From NCBI RefSeq assembly GCF_009914755.1, contig NC_060930.1: 64,000 bases of DNA; one strand, 5' to 3'. Made by a program: the position numbers and the translations under genes. Shown piece by piece: positions 1-16,257 of the stretch (positions within the stretch are counted from its first letter, which is position 1; each line of letters begins with the position of its first letter). The notes under the pieces are model-generated. The model ran no database searches and was not told the origin of the DNA. It saw nothing but the letters and a program-made list of their open reading frames with translations. The DNA comes from the human T2T-CHM13v2.0 reference genome, Homo sapiens.

Positions 1-10
1 CCTTCTAGGA

Positions 11-349
11 GAGGGGCTGGCACACTTTTTCTCTAAAGGGCAAGAGAGAAACTATTTTAGGCTCTGTGTGCCATACGGGTCAATGTTGAAACTGCTGAAT
101 TCTGCCATTGCAGTGCTGAGGCAGCCAAAGACCATATATGAATGAATAATAATAGCTGCGTCCCAATAAAATATTATTTAAGGATGCTAAAATTTAAATT
201 TCGTATAATTTTTTGTGTCAAAAAACATTATTTATTTTTATTTTTCAAAACCATTTAAAAATGTTTTTTAAACATTTTTAGCTCATGAACTGTACAAAAT
301 CAGGTGGTGGGCTGAATTTGGTTCGTGGGCCACAATTTACAGGCCTCTG
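11..349 (+). mobile_element. MER58B-like hAT-Charlie MITE
   Basis: Starts GAGGGGCTGGCACACTTTTTCTCTAAAGGGC, resembling the MER58 terminus. About 340 bp long, flanked by TCTAGGA on both sides (TSD-like). Confidence 0.75.
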
Positions 350-832
350 TCTAGGAATGAATTATTGGTCTCTTTGTGGGGATGGACATGCAAATAGGTA
401 ATTCCCATATGACTTGTAAATGTGTCAATCAATTAAGACTCTGCTATGGGAATACAATGAGGAAGCCATGGATTCTGCACCAGGGTATGAAAGGAACTTC
501 ACAAGGGGGTAGATGTTAGATGTAGATTTTGGAGGAGGGTAGGTTTGCCAAGAGAAGCAGTGAGAGGACCTTTCAGACCATCAAGATATATAGTGGAATA
601 AAGGGCACTGATTTTGAGGCATAATGAGTGGCTCAGAATAGCTACAGCATAGAATCTAGTGTGATGGGAGGTGGTGAGGTAAGGGAAGGAGTTTGAGTGG
701 GATGAGCGATGAGGCTAAAAAAATGAATCAGCTGTTGTGTCAAGTCATTAAGCCTGACTTTATATGCAATGTGAACCTACAGAAATCTAAGCAGGGAAAG
801 TAGGGTAGTTTTTTTTAATAATTAAATTTTTA

Positions 833-965
833 TAATAAAAATTTTAGGCATAGAAAGGTTAATGAATTATATACTTATCAAGCAGCTTCAGAAATAATAA
901 AATTTTTAGACAGAAAAAAGATTAAAGAATTATATAATATACCTATCAAGCAGTTTCAGAAATAA
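833..965. repeat. Diverged ~65-bp tandem duplication inside an old L1 fragment
   Basis: TAATAAAA..TTTAG..GAATTATA..TATCAAGCAG.TTCAGAAATAA occurs twice in tandem. Confidence 0.7.
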
Positions 966-1113
966 CATTACAAATACTGCTGAAGGCCACTGTTACCTCT
1001 GTCTGATCATATTTACTAATCCCCTTTTCTAAAGGTAGCTGCTATCCTGAATTTGGAATTTATCATTCTTATTCTATTTTTGTTTTTACTTTTAATACAT
1101 ATATATATGGCTA

Positions 1114-1768
<655 letters not shown>

Positions 1769-2014
1769 TGAGATTGATCTATGTTGATACATGTAATACT
1801 AGTTTATTCATTTCATTGCTGTATAAGATTTTATTTTGTAAACAAACCATAATTTATTTATTCCTGTAGATAGACATTTAGTCCTTTTGAGTTTTTCACT
1901 TTTCACTATGTTCTAGGGTCTTTTGATACACAGAAATTTTACTTTTAATGTAGTCTTTTTAAAGAAATCCTTTTGGTCCAGAGGTCATAAAGATTTCCTA
2001 CTATCTTCTAAAAG

Positions 2015-2322
2015 TTGCAGATAGGGCCTTTAAGGAGGTAATTAAATGAGGTCATATGGATGTGGCCCTAATCCAATAGAACTGGTGTTTTTATAAGAAA
2101 AGGAGATGAGGACGCAGATGTATGCACACAAAGAGAAGGCCATGTGAGGACAGAGTGAGGGGGGCCATGTGCAAGCCAAAGAGAGAGGGCTTAGGAGAAA
2201 CCAAACCTACTCACACATTGATTTAGGACTTCCGGCTTCCGAAACTGTGAGATATAAATTTCTGTTGTTTAATCTATGCAGTCTGTGGTATTTTGTTTTA
2301 GTAGCCCAAAGAATCTAATACA
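2015..2322 (+). mobile_element. MLT1B/C-like MaLR LTR fragment
   Basis: GGCCCTAATCCAAT..., ATAAATTTCTGTTGTTTAA..., ends CTAATACA. Confidence 0.8.
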
Positions 2323-3215
2323 TCCTCTCCATGTCCCCAAACACAGACAATTTGCCATGACATCTCTGACATATATTGAGTGTCCACATAAGCATGGGGC
2401 TGTTTTTATCGTGTTTCATTTTTGGCTATCTCTGCATGAGTACCAAAGATATATAACTAGTCTTCATGCTTGGTATGGCGAATCTTCCAACTTTGTTTTT
2501 CTTCACAATTATCTTGGCTATTTTTGTCCCTTTTGTCTTCCTCGTGTATTTGGAAATCAGGTTGTCAGGTCTCACCAAAAATGTCATAGAGTTTTTATTG
2601 AAATGGTATGTATTTAGAAACTAATCTGCAGAATACTGTATTCATCCATACATGAACTTGGTACATCTCTTCATTTCTTGAGGTTTTCTGTCAAGTGGTT
2701 CAATAAAGGTGTATTGCTGTTTACTTAAAGATCTCATACACATTTTGTTAGATATATTTCTTGTTACTTTATGCTTTTTTATCAGATTTAATTTTTAAGA
2801 AGATAAATTGGGTGAAATAAAGGATGGGAAGAGATTTGGAAACAGAGTAGTCAGATGGTAATTTCAGTTTAATTAAGTTAAATGAAACCATAAGAGTTTG
2901 AACTAAGACAGTGGTAGTAAGTTTAGAAGAAAGGAGTCTTCCTGGAGTAATTGCTGTAATATAGGTTTAATATTGAGTGTGTATGAGAGATGGAGGTGTC
3001 CAATAGGAAATTGAGAATATTTTTGATATGGAGTTAACATAAATGATCTGGTTGGAGATGTGTGTTTGGGAGTCATTAGCATATTCTTTTGATTTATTTT
3101 TAATTTGTATTAAAACTTAAGTGGGGAACTGGGATGCTCATTATTGCATAACCTTAAAGACCCCAACAGTGTGGATCTGCTATGTTAAAGTATAGCTCCA
3201 GTATATTGTGTGTGG

Positions 3216-3489
3216 GGCCAGGCGTGGTGGCTCACACCTATAATCCCAGCATTTGGGGAGGCTGAGATGGGAGGGTCACTTAAGCCCAGGAATTCAAGAC
3301 CAGCCTGGACAACATGGTGAAACCCTGTATCTATAAAAACTTTGAAAAAAATTAGCTGGGCATGGTAGCACATGCCTGTGGTTTCAGCTACTCAGGAGGA
3401 TCACCTCAGGAAAAAAAGGCTGCAGTGAGCCGTGATTGCACCACTGCACTCCAGCCTGGGTGACAGAATGAGACCCTGTTCCAAAAAAA
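3216..3489 (+). mobile_element. AluJ-like
   Basis: GGCCAGGCGTGGTGGCTCAC start, diverged right arm, A tail. Confidence 0.9.
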
Positions 3490-3511
3490 GGTATATTATG
3501 CACAGGGAAGA

Positions 3512-4250
3512 GTGTATTCGTTTCCTGCCATAACAAAGTACCATAAACTGAATGGCTTAAATAACAGAAATTTGGCTGGGAGCAGGGGCTCACACCTGTA
3601 GTCCCAGCACTTTGGGAGACTGAGGTGGGTGGATCACCTGAGGTCAGGAGTTTGAGACCAGCCTGACCAACAGGGTGAAACCCTGTCTCTACTAAAATAC
3701 AAAAAAAGATTATTGGCAGGTGCCTATAATCTCAGCTACTCAGGAGGGTGAGGCAGGAGAATTGCTTGAACCCAGGAGGTGGAGGTTGCAGTGAGCCAAG
3801 ATTATGCCACTTTATTCCAGCCTGGATGACAGAGTGAGACTCCCTCTCAAAATCAATCAATCAATAAATAATAGAAATTTATTCTCTCATAATTCTGGAG
3901 GCCAGAAGTCCAACATCAAGGTGTCAGCAGGACTGTGTTCCTGGACCTGCTCTTGGGGAGGATCCTTCTTTACCCTTTCCAGCTTCTGGTAGCCCCAGGT
4001 GGTCATTTAATTGTGGCAGCATAAATCCAATCTTTGCCTTCATCTTTATGTAGCCCTCTTCTCCCTGTGTGTCTGTGTTTTCACATGACATTCTCCTCTC
4101 TGTGTCTCTTTCACCTCTTCTTCTAAGGACACTAGTCATATTGGATTAAAGGCTCATTCCACTGCAGTATAACTTCATCTTAACTTAGCTACTTATATCT
4201 ATAATGACCCTATTTCCAAATCAGATCACATTTTGAGGTACTGGGGGTTA
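3512..4250 (-). mobile_element. MLT1-family MaLR LTR interrupted by an Alu
   Basis: TGTATTCGTTTCCTG..ATAACAAAGTACCATAAACTG..GGCTTAAA; resumes after the Alu at AGAAATTTATTCTCTCATAATTCTGGAGGCCAGAAGTCC. Confidence 0.8.
3574..3870 (+). mobile_element. AluS inserted in MLT1
   Basis: Alu body with (TCAA)n tail; TSD AATAACAGAAATTT / AATAATAGAAATTT. Confidence 0.95.
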
Positions 4251-4629
4251 CTCTCCCCTCTATGCAGTGGCTGCCACCCACTTTCAGACTGACTTATAGT
4301 TCCTGGCTGATAGAATTGAGAAAGGAGGAGCAGGGAAGAGAGGGTCAAAAGATGGCAAGTGAGCAAAGTAGGTGGGCTTTGTGGGGTTTTATGTGCCTCT
4401 GCTTGGACCCCTGGCCATTGTACTCACCAGAAAAGCAGCCTGTTGTCCTCAGAAATATGGGAACCCAAGCCTGTAGATGCCTTGGGAGACTCCAGGGATA
4501 AAGATACCTACAAACTTGGATGATTCTACTCCTTGGATGTGTTTGCCTCAGGTTGTTATTAAGCTTCTTGCTGTCACCAAAGGGGGAAAACCAAAACAAA
4601 GCACTAGGATTTTTATTTTTTGGATTTTA

Positions 4630-5235
4630 AAAAAATTAATTTTAAATTTATAATTGACACATAATAATCATACATATTCTTGGGGCACATAATGATGCTG
4701 TGATACATATAATATACAGTGATCAGATCAGGATAATTAGCATATCCATCATCTCACACATTTATTATTTCTTTGTGATGGGAACATTCAATATCCTTCC
4801 AGCTATTTGAAACTATATAATATATTATTATTAACTGTAGTCATCCTATGGTTGTATTAGTCTGTTCTCATGCTGCTAATAGGAACATACCCAAGACTGG
4901 GTAATTTGTAAAGGAAAGAGGTTTAATTGACTCACAGTTCAGCATGGCTGGGGAGGCTTCAGGAAACTTACAAGCAAACACGTCCTTCCTCACATGGCAG
5001 CAGCAAGAAGTGCTGAGCAAAAGGTGGAAAGCTCCTTATAAAATCATCAGATCTTGTGAGAACTAACTCCCTGTCATGAGAACAGGATGGGGGAAACCAC
5101 CCCCATGATTCAATTATCTCCACCTGGTCCCTCCCACGACACATGGGGATTGTGGGAACTACAATTCAAGATGAGATTTGGGTGGGGACACAGCAAAATG
5201 ATATCAGGTTGTATAGAACACTAGAACTTCTTCCT
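4630..5235 (-). mobile_element. L1MA-type 3' end fragment interrupted by a THE1 LTR
   Basis: Antisense L1 3' UTR-like sequence (TAATTGACACATAATAATCATACATATT...). Confidence 0.6.
4853..5206 (-). mobile_element. THE1C/D-like MaLR solo LTR
   Basis: TGTATTAGTCTGTTCTCATGCTGCTAAT ... GAGATTTGGGTGGGGACACAG..ATATCA. Confidence 0.9.
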
Positions 5236-5444
5236 TTTCAATTTTTTTATTTTTTATTTTTACTGAGCTAAACTTTTTTTTCCTGAATTTTCCTCCCTCT
5301 TTGCCCATTTTTCCCTCTGTAGCAATACCAGATTGTCTACAGTCTCTTTCATAGGAGAAATTTTCCAACATTTGAAGACATCAATCATGTGGTTTCTTAA
5401 CATCTCTTCACATGACATGCTCCCAGGCTCCTTCACTACTTGCC

Positions 5445-5660
5445 AGTACTATTACCTACCATTTACCGAGCACTCACTGTATGCTAGCCAACATGTTAAG
5501 CACTGGACAGACATCATCCTGTTTAATCTTCAGAACAACACTGTGAAATAAATATTGTTACCTCCATTTTAGTGTTGAGGAAACTGAGGTCCAGAGAATT
5601 AAGGAACCTGCCCAAAGACACACTGCTGGCAAATAGCAGAAGTAGGATTTCAACATGTGA
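5445..5660 (-). mobile_element. MIR
   Basis: Core CCATTTTAGTGTTGAGGAAACTGAGGTCCAGAGAATTAAGGAACCTGCCCAA. Confidence 0.75.
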
Positions 5661-7578
5661 TTGTACGTGTGTTAATTGAACAGTCCAAATGTGCTGGAGT
5701 GTGAACATGAAATAGTCTTATCTTTCTCCGAGTCCTTGTCTCCAGACTGTACTATGTTGACCCTCCCTTTCTTTTTGGCAGATGGATTCCCTACAGGACT
5801 CATGAGCAGATCTCATAATTTCTGGGCATGTTCCACACCTTGGAGTAGGAATCAGTTAGGGTTGTTCTTGGCTGCAACTAACAAACTACTAGCAGTGGCT
5901 TAAGCACGGAAGAACTTAATGATCTCACAGGTGACCTGGGTAGGGAAGGGCCCTGGTCTACTCTACAGCTCTTCTAGACTCTCTCACCTTGGAGTCCAAA
6001 TGCATGGCCTTCCTTTGGAACACCTTCTCTCTCTCCCACTTCGGGCTCAGCTCCTTTGCAGTGAAAGATTGGAAAGAATAAACATCTCTTACTCAATGAC
6101 CTATGGGTGCAGTCCCCTTTTTGTTGTTTGTCTCTGCTTTTCTTGCTTCCATGGACTGGCCTTTGAGGTCAGGTGTGTGGCAGGATCTGAATGCTAGCTC
6201 TCTTGAGCTACATGCATGTTTTTTGTTTTGTTTTGTTTTTTAGAGCCAGCAATGCTTCTCCAGGGAACAATTCCCTGATACTGGAGAGTAGGATCAGCTT
6301 GCCCATTTGCACTCTTCCTTAGTGCCTGCCATCACCTCTGCAACCAGGCTTTCTGCTGCTTGGGTTCTTTTGCCCGGTGGATTGCAATAAGAAAATGGCT
6401 CAAGGTTGACTTTCTTCCAGCGAATCTGTTGGCCGATGGGGCACTCCTGCACTCCTGCTGCACCATATGATGAAAGGCAGGCTGATCTGCTGTGGTTTCT
6501 TGCTCCACTTTACCATCTCACTCTAGTCATTATTGTAATTCTTTTAATTTAAGGACATTCAATGGGAGTTTTATTTAGAATACCTAAGAATTCCAAATGG
6601 ATCAAATCTCAGTGATAGGGAAATGGTTTAATAAAATGTAATTCAATTTTACAATAAAATAATTTGTGGTCACTAAAAATCATGTTTTTAAGGAATAGTT
6701 AATTTCATGGGACTATGTTCACAATATAATAGGAAAAATTGCTAGTGGTTTACAGTATAATCCCAAATTTACATAATACACATGAACACACGCACACACA
6801 CACATGCACTAGTTCATCTTAGAAGAAATACAACACAATGTTAATAGAGGTCTTGTCTGGACAGCAGGATTATAGGTTACTTTAATTTTCTTTGTTATAG
6901 TGGGGTTTTTATTTTTGTTTTCCTTCTCCCATTTTCTGCAACCAATATATATTGCATTTTTAAGCAAGGGGAAAAGATTTTAATTCTATCTGAATTTTAA
7001 GCGATATTACCATAAGTCATAATTTTTTGCCACTTGTAATAAAGGCCATGATCTAGGACTTTTCCATTAGAAATAGTGTGGAAACCATTTTGAGAATGAA
7101 AAATGATTAGGATGAGCAAAGAAATGCCTGTCTAAGCATTTCACCAATTGCTAAAGGGATCTGTAGTTAAGATCAGATACTGCTCTATGTTATTTATAAC
7201 TGTGGTATGTAATAATAATTCAATTAACTACACAGTAAATTGAGTATACTTCTCATTCCATAGTGTGGCTCCAGTTATTCTTGCTAAATCCTCTTGCTGT
7301 CTTGAAAGCTTTGAGATTAAAAATCCTTTCTGCTGTTACTATAGATTCCAACTATTTTTTAATTAACAAGTTCACACCTTAAGCAGATGTTGGACCCAAG
7401 AATGAGATGCTACAAAGCCCTTTCTTGCAGATACCCACAATCTCAGTGACTAATTCTCTTGAAGAGCCTCTCAGTTTGCTTGAGAGTGGAGAGAAAACTT
7501 CCTTCCCATGAAACTGCACTCTCTACTAATCCAAAGATTGTTTCTCCCTGTTTTCTTCAGAGGGAGCCTGGGTGGTAG

Positions 7579-8043
<465 letters not shown>

Positions 8044-8221
8044 TAATCACTATATGATATAGAGTCTTCGGTATTCTCCTCACCTCACATATTTTACTAG
8101 AGACACTATTAAAATATATTGCTTCCCAGAGCAAATTTTCCCCTTACTGAACTTTTCTAGCTCTCTGAATCAGAGGTTTCTTAGCAGAGCTGTAGGAGCA
8201 ACCAAAGAAAATTGTAGACTA

Positions 8222-8370
8222 GGCTGGGCATCGTGGCTCACACCTGTGATCCCAGCACTTTGGGAGGCCAAGGTGGGAGGATTGCTTGAGCCCAGGAATT
8301 TGAGACCAGACTGGAAACATAGTGAGATCTTGTCTCTACAAGCAAAAAATTAAAAAATAAAAATTAGAAA
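8222..8370 (+). mobile_element. Alu monomer (FLAM-like)
   Basis: Left-arm monomer plus A tail; TSD GAAAATTGTAGACTA / GAAAATTGTAGGCTA. Confidence 0.85.
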
Positions 8371-8448
8371 AAGAGAAAATTGTAGGCTAGATACTATGAC
8401 GTGGCTAACACAATGCCTAGCTTATAGTTGGCAGGGTAAAAATGGTAA

Positions 8449-8774
<326 letters not shown>

Positions 8775-8894
8775 TCTATATTTTCAAGTCAAAAGGATTC
8801 AAGTACATTTCCTGACTATTGACCTTTTTAAAATCAATTTACAGAGGTTCAGTATTGCTCCTTTTGATAATGGCAGCTCACTTTAGGGCACATA

Positions 8895-9740
<846 letters not shown>

Positions 9741-10431
9741 GCCAACAGCGTCTGTTACAGTGGGGATGTTGGATGGAGGGGAAAAAAAGTAATTTTACCT
9801 TTCCACTTTTCTGGTGATATGTTTTGATACAATTAAGTGGTTGGAGAAGCAACAATTTCTTTTAAACTGTGATTTAGGCTTATAAGTTTAGAGCTGAAAT
9901 ATTTATTTTTATGATATTTTCAGCATATAGCATAAGCAAATCATATACATTTTTCCCGTAATATAAAAAACACTGACAACAATGTCTCATTTGTTTGCTT
10001 CCTGGTGTTTAATTATACATATAAAAGTCAACTTCCAGGCAGGGTGCAAATCAGAAAATCTAGCCAGCCCGTGAGCTTCAGGCCTGACTTCCTTTCTCCT
10101 TCTCTTAAGTGCTGTCCAGATCTGAACAACTCCTAGAGAGAAGAGGCAATGCTGAGTTCAGGCTTCTTCCAGGAATAATCGAATACACTTGGAGGTGGCC
10201 ATGCTCATGAGGGCTGCATATTTTGGGAGAAGTGTTTTCCTCATTGCAAGAACGGGGATAAGACAGTCAAGTAACATATTTTGAGTGCCAGTCCCATGGA
10301 CCCTTATTCCAAGATAGGAAAAAAAAAAAGAAGAAGAAGAAGAAGAAAAAGAGATCTGTTATTCCTTAGTAAAAACTCACTATCTTGGGATTGTATCTAT
10401 TTCCCAGGAGGCATTAGAAATCTGTAGTAGA

Positions 10432-11043
<612 letters not shown>

Positions 11044-11849
11044 GAAAATCTGCTGCAGAAATGCTCTGGACTGTGGTACCTGACAAATTGGGACCTCTGA
11101 CAGTGTCCGGTTTCCTCCTCCAGCCCCAGCCTAACCCTGTAGGCGGCAGAGATGTTAAAGACACGTGCGAGTCTGAGAAAGTAGACAGCAGAGACATCCC
11201 TCGGGAAAGTGAGGATGGGACCTGGTGGGGGAAGAAACGAGAGAGAGGCAGAAGACATTTGTGCGCATCAGTTTGGGAGAAGTTGACCACAATCTCTTTT
11301 TCCCCCTGCTCTATTGCCTTGGGAAACTCACAGCTTGCCACCTGTGGGATGAACAGCAGTGTCCGTTCCGTGCTGTGGACATGGGGTAGAGATAACATCA
11401 GGGAGACAGTGGAGCTGGCTGATGGGTCCACTAGTGAGCGTTCCTTCCTCTCTTGTTCCCCCTCCACACCCTGAGCAGTAGATGATTACAATCAGGGGGA
11501 AATTTATCTTGAAGAGCAATGCCTGGGTTGGAGAACAAAAAGCTTGTCTGAAGGTCAGGATTGTGCTGAAGACGGGGCAGTGAAGAAGGGATGTGTGTGT
11601 ATGTGTGTGTGTGTGTGTGTAGGAGACAGTGATGAAACAAACTCAGATTATGATTCAGGGGTCTTTCTACCTTGTCCTGGGCCATGTCCTTGCCCTCCTT
11701 AAATCTAACAAGAGTGCCATATGCTAGGGCCTCCCACAAGATCCACATTTCTGGGCAACGTGAAGGTGTGAGGAAAATGAGCTGAGGGACATCTGGGGAG
11801 CATGGCACAGTGAGAAACAACATGCGAAGCAAGCAGAGAATGAGGGCTC

Positions 11850-12170
11850 ACCAAATGCTTTTGTGCTCATCTGCCACGTTCCAGCCTCCCTTGCAGTTGG
11901 TTTGGGGCCACTTGGCTAGTTCTAGCTAATGGGATGTGTGTAGAAGTGAGTTCTCTGTGTTTTATTTTTGTTTTTGCTACTATTTTTGTGACTTGCAGTG
12001 AAGAACTTTAAGACAGTGCAGTTGTAATGTGAAGTAGTCTGGGTCACAGTTGCTAGAGAGCAAGGAAAGCCATGCAACTGTGAGTGAGAAATAAAAATTT
12101 GTTGTGTGAGCCACTGAAATTTCCAGGATTGCTCATTACTGCAGCATATCTTGCCCGTCCTGTCGTATTG
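11850..12170 (+). mobile_element. Old MLT1 (I/J-like) LTR fragment
   Basis: CCAGCCTCCCTTGCAGTTGG ... GTGAGTGAGAAATAAAAATTTGTTGTGTGAGCCACTGA. Confidence 0.6.
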
Positions 12171-12734
12171 CTGTAGGAACCAGAAATAATCACATAGACC
12201 AAGAATTTAAAATAAGCACAAAAAGAACTTCAAAGAAGTGATTGGATATTTGTGATGATGCAGAGATAAGAAGTTATAAAGGACCACATGCTGGAGATAT
12301 TGATTATATTAAAAATAATGGTTAAAATCGACCTGAGAGATGGGATACATAGTGGAAAGTGTATACAGTAGTTGAAGAATTGATTAATGAGCTGCAATAT
12401 CAGATCAAGAAACAACCCCGGAAGGCAACACAGTGTGGACAGAAAATGAGGGGGAAAAGTTAAAACAAAACAAAACGGAAGAGGGGCAATACAGGTGATT
12501 TATGATCATGAACTATGAATTGACTACAAGGAACTTTACAAAAAATGGAGAAAAGAGAAAGTAAACACAGAACTGGCCTCATGAGATCTATGTTCTGGCC
12601 CTGACTCTGGTGCTAGCTTGCTGTGTATCTTGGGCAAATCATTCAGCCCTCTGAAGCTTCATGTCCTTAACCTACAAACTCCTAAAGAGTAAGAGTGGTT
12701 TGGTAGAAAGAGTTAGATGGCCTGGGACTGAATC

Positions 12735-13005
12735 TTTTTTTTTTTTTTGGCAGGGTCTCACTGTTGCCCGGGCTGGAGTGCTGTGGCGTGATCATGGCTT
12801 GTGGCTCACCAGTCTCAATCTCCTCAGGCTCAGGTGATCAGCCTCCTGGGTAGCTGGGACTACAGGTGTGTGCCACCTTGCTCAGCTAATTTTTTTTTTT
12901 TTTTTTTTTTTTTTTTAGAGATGAGGTCTTGAACTCCTGGGCTTAAGAAATCCACCCACCTCAGCCTCCCAAAGTGATCACAGGCATGAGCCACCTCTCC
13001 TGGCC
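12735..13005 (-). mobile_element. Degenerate AluJ with expanded central poly-T and internal deletions
   Basis: Antisense Alu arms with a long central T run. Confidence 0.85.
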
Positions 13006-13868
13006 CTGGGAATAAATCTTAACTTTGTCACTACCTTGGTCTACTTCTGACTCTCTTAGAATATTAATTTCTTTTATGTCAACTAAAGGTAATATACCTA
13101 TCTAGTATGTTCCTGGCACACAGCAGATACCTCACTATACTTCCCATTTCCTTCATTTTAGGAAAATTCTAAGACTAAAATTAAGATTCTTGTTCAACAC
13201 AGTACCCTCACAGGTGAAGACACTGAAAAAATAGAGAAGTAAATAACTGGCACAAAGCATATTCACCAAGGAGATGTCTGCCTCGTGACTGGTATTCAAT
13301 TCTCTTGATGTGGAAATTGTTGATCCCCCCAACAATCACTTCTTGCTGTCTTGTGAAGCTAAAGCTTAGTCATAAGAAGAATCTATCTTCTTTTGTGGAA
13401 ATCTTATTTCTTATAAATTATTCAGTCTCTCATTCAGCCTAATGAAGTAGTTGAATTTCACAGAAACCGAGTGAGAGGTGAGTGGTTGCTCCAGAACAGC
13501 AGAAAAGCTAGTGGCAGTGGCTTGGAACACACCTTTCCTCAACACGAAGCCAAGGGTCAAATGAAAGAAAAAATGTGAATACATTTATATGTCTGGCCAG
13601 TGATTAAAAAAATGTTGCTCTTTTTAATATCTCATCAACATCAATGATTACATTCTTTTCTGGTGCAAATGTAGTAAGTGGTTAATTTGAAAGTATAAAA
13701 ATGTGTAAGGAAGAAAAATAACCAAGAGTGATACCATTTAAACGATATTACTTAGCGCTGGTATATTTCTTTCTATTTTCTTTTCCATTAAGATATTTAC
13801 CAAGCACATTTGAATGTATAATTTTATATTTTGCCATTTATCCTTAACATTATAACAGAGGCACACAA

Positions 13869-13993
13869 GGCGTTTTGCATCTTGTTTTTTTTCCATTTAT
13901 TGTGATATCTTTGACATCTTGTCACATTGGCATATGTAGACTTACCTCATTCTTTTTAATAGCTGTATGGTATGAACATAACACAGTTTTTTT
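13869..13993 (+). repeat. ~125-bp near-identical copy of 14938-15065
   Basis: Direct comparison shows 3 substitutions plus homopolymer length differences. Confidence 0.95.
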
Positions 13994-14510
13994 AATGAAC
14001 ACAATGTTATTTCATAGTCTTCTTTACCATTGAGATATTTACCAAGCATATTTAAATATTTAATTTTATATTTTTCCATTTATCCTTGACATTATAAGCA
14101 TTTCATGTTATTTCATAGTCACAATATTATCACAATGTTGAATGGCTGTATAATATTTTATTGCAAATGGCAGTTTAACTCTTCTATTAATAATTTGGTT
14201 TGCTTCCAACTTTTTGCATTATATCGGTAATGTAACAAATATCTTCATGAGTAAAGTTTTTTTGTATTAAAGTTTACTGGGCTAAAGAATATAAACATTT
14301 GTAATGCTTGTGACACACAGTACTTCTCCAAAAGGATCATATTCAGTTTACATATAAAGTGTCATTTTAAACTTTCAGTTTAATTATTCTAATTTTAAAT
14401 TTATTTATTATACTTATTTATATTTAAAACAAAATAAAACAAGCATTTCTTAAATTACAGATCATTGTCAACATTTTACATGGTGCCGAGATGTATAAAG
14501 TTTAAAGTGA

Positions 14511-14814
<304 letters not shown>

Positions 14815-16124
14815 TTATCCCATAATGTTATTTCCCAATGTAATTACTGTTTATAGTTTATTGTATATTCTTCCAAAATTTTTGATATGCATATACTGAC
14901 ATTTATTGCAGTCATTCTCTGTATTAAAAACACGCATGGCGTTTTGCATCTTGTTTTTTTTTCCATTTATTGTGATATCTTTGACATCTTGTCACACTGG
15001 CATATGTAGATTTACCTCATTCTTTTTAATAGCTGTATGGTATGAACATAACACAATTTTTTTTTATCCCATCTTTGATGGACAGTTGGGCTTGTTCCAA
15101 GTTTTTTCCTGTTACAGACAATACTGCAATGAGAGTTCATGTATATATGGTTTAATGAGCATTTACTGCTGTGAAAATGTGACTTTGGAAATTGTTGGCA
15201 AGATGATTCTCTCAGTGTGCTGAAACATACAATATTGAAACATCATTTAAAATTTTAAATTTGAATTGAGTCATTGTCATTAAAACCAGGTTAAAATCAC
15301 AGTGATCTTTTCCTCTTATATAGGAATGAATCCTCTTGCTCCAGATGGAACATAAAGCTCCTTAAATTGAAATTCATTGCACGGGGGCTCTGATGGCCCT
15401 TAACAGATGGAAGAACAATCTCATTTGGGTGGTTATGTAATTCAGTGATTATCATGGAACCCTTCAGATACCATCAGACAGAAGGTGGACAGAGTGAGGC
15501 TCTGCGGCAAAGGCAGGTGCCATGGCTATAGATTCACTATACTTGTTTCTCTGCATTTATTTGCATCAATAAGACCAGAATCAAGATCTGAGCAGTATAA
15601 CATGATCTGGTCTAATGACCAACTTTGGAATCTCAGAAATCAAACATTGGGATGCCAGTTGGAATTCAACTAGTTTCTAGTTAAACAACCTTGAGAGGGT
15701 CGTTCCATCTCTCTGAAAGCCTTATTTTTACAAGTATGCTAGACAATGCCTCTAGAAGGAGGTTATGATATTAATATTCATTCAATAGATATTAGTTGAG
15801 GATTATGTGGCAAGAACTTTTCTGGGTTCTAGAAATACAAGTGTCAATAACATAGATGAGAATCTATTTTTATTTTTCTCAAAGGTGACATTGTTACCTG
15901 CCTTAACTGAAAGTAATCAACTGATCTGCTTGGATTTAACCAACTAAGTTTAGCTTTTATGCATTGCATTTTCTTGGTAATGCAGGCTTGCACCAAGGCA
16001 GACTATTAGCCAAATCGAAAGATCCTGTTTGAGCTTATCTATTCAACAAAGTACTATTTCTCCTGCCTTATATTATGGCTAAATTTAGAACTCATCATTT
16101 CAACACACACTGAAACAAACCAAC

Positions 16125-16257
16125 CTACCTTCCTTCCTTCCTTCCTTCCTTCCTTCCTTCCTTCCTTCCCTCCTTCCTTCCTTCCTTCCCTCCCTCCCTT
16201 CCTCCCCTCCTCCCTCCCTTCCTCATTCCCTTCCTCCCTCCCTTCCTACCTTCCTCC
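16125..16257. repeat. (CCTT)n / (CCCT)n polypyrimidine microsatellite
   Basis: Directly visible. Confidence 0.95.
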
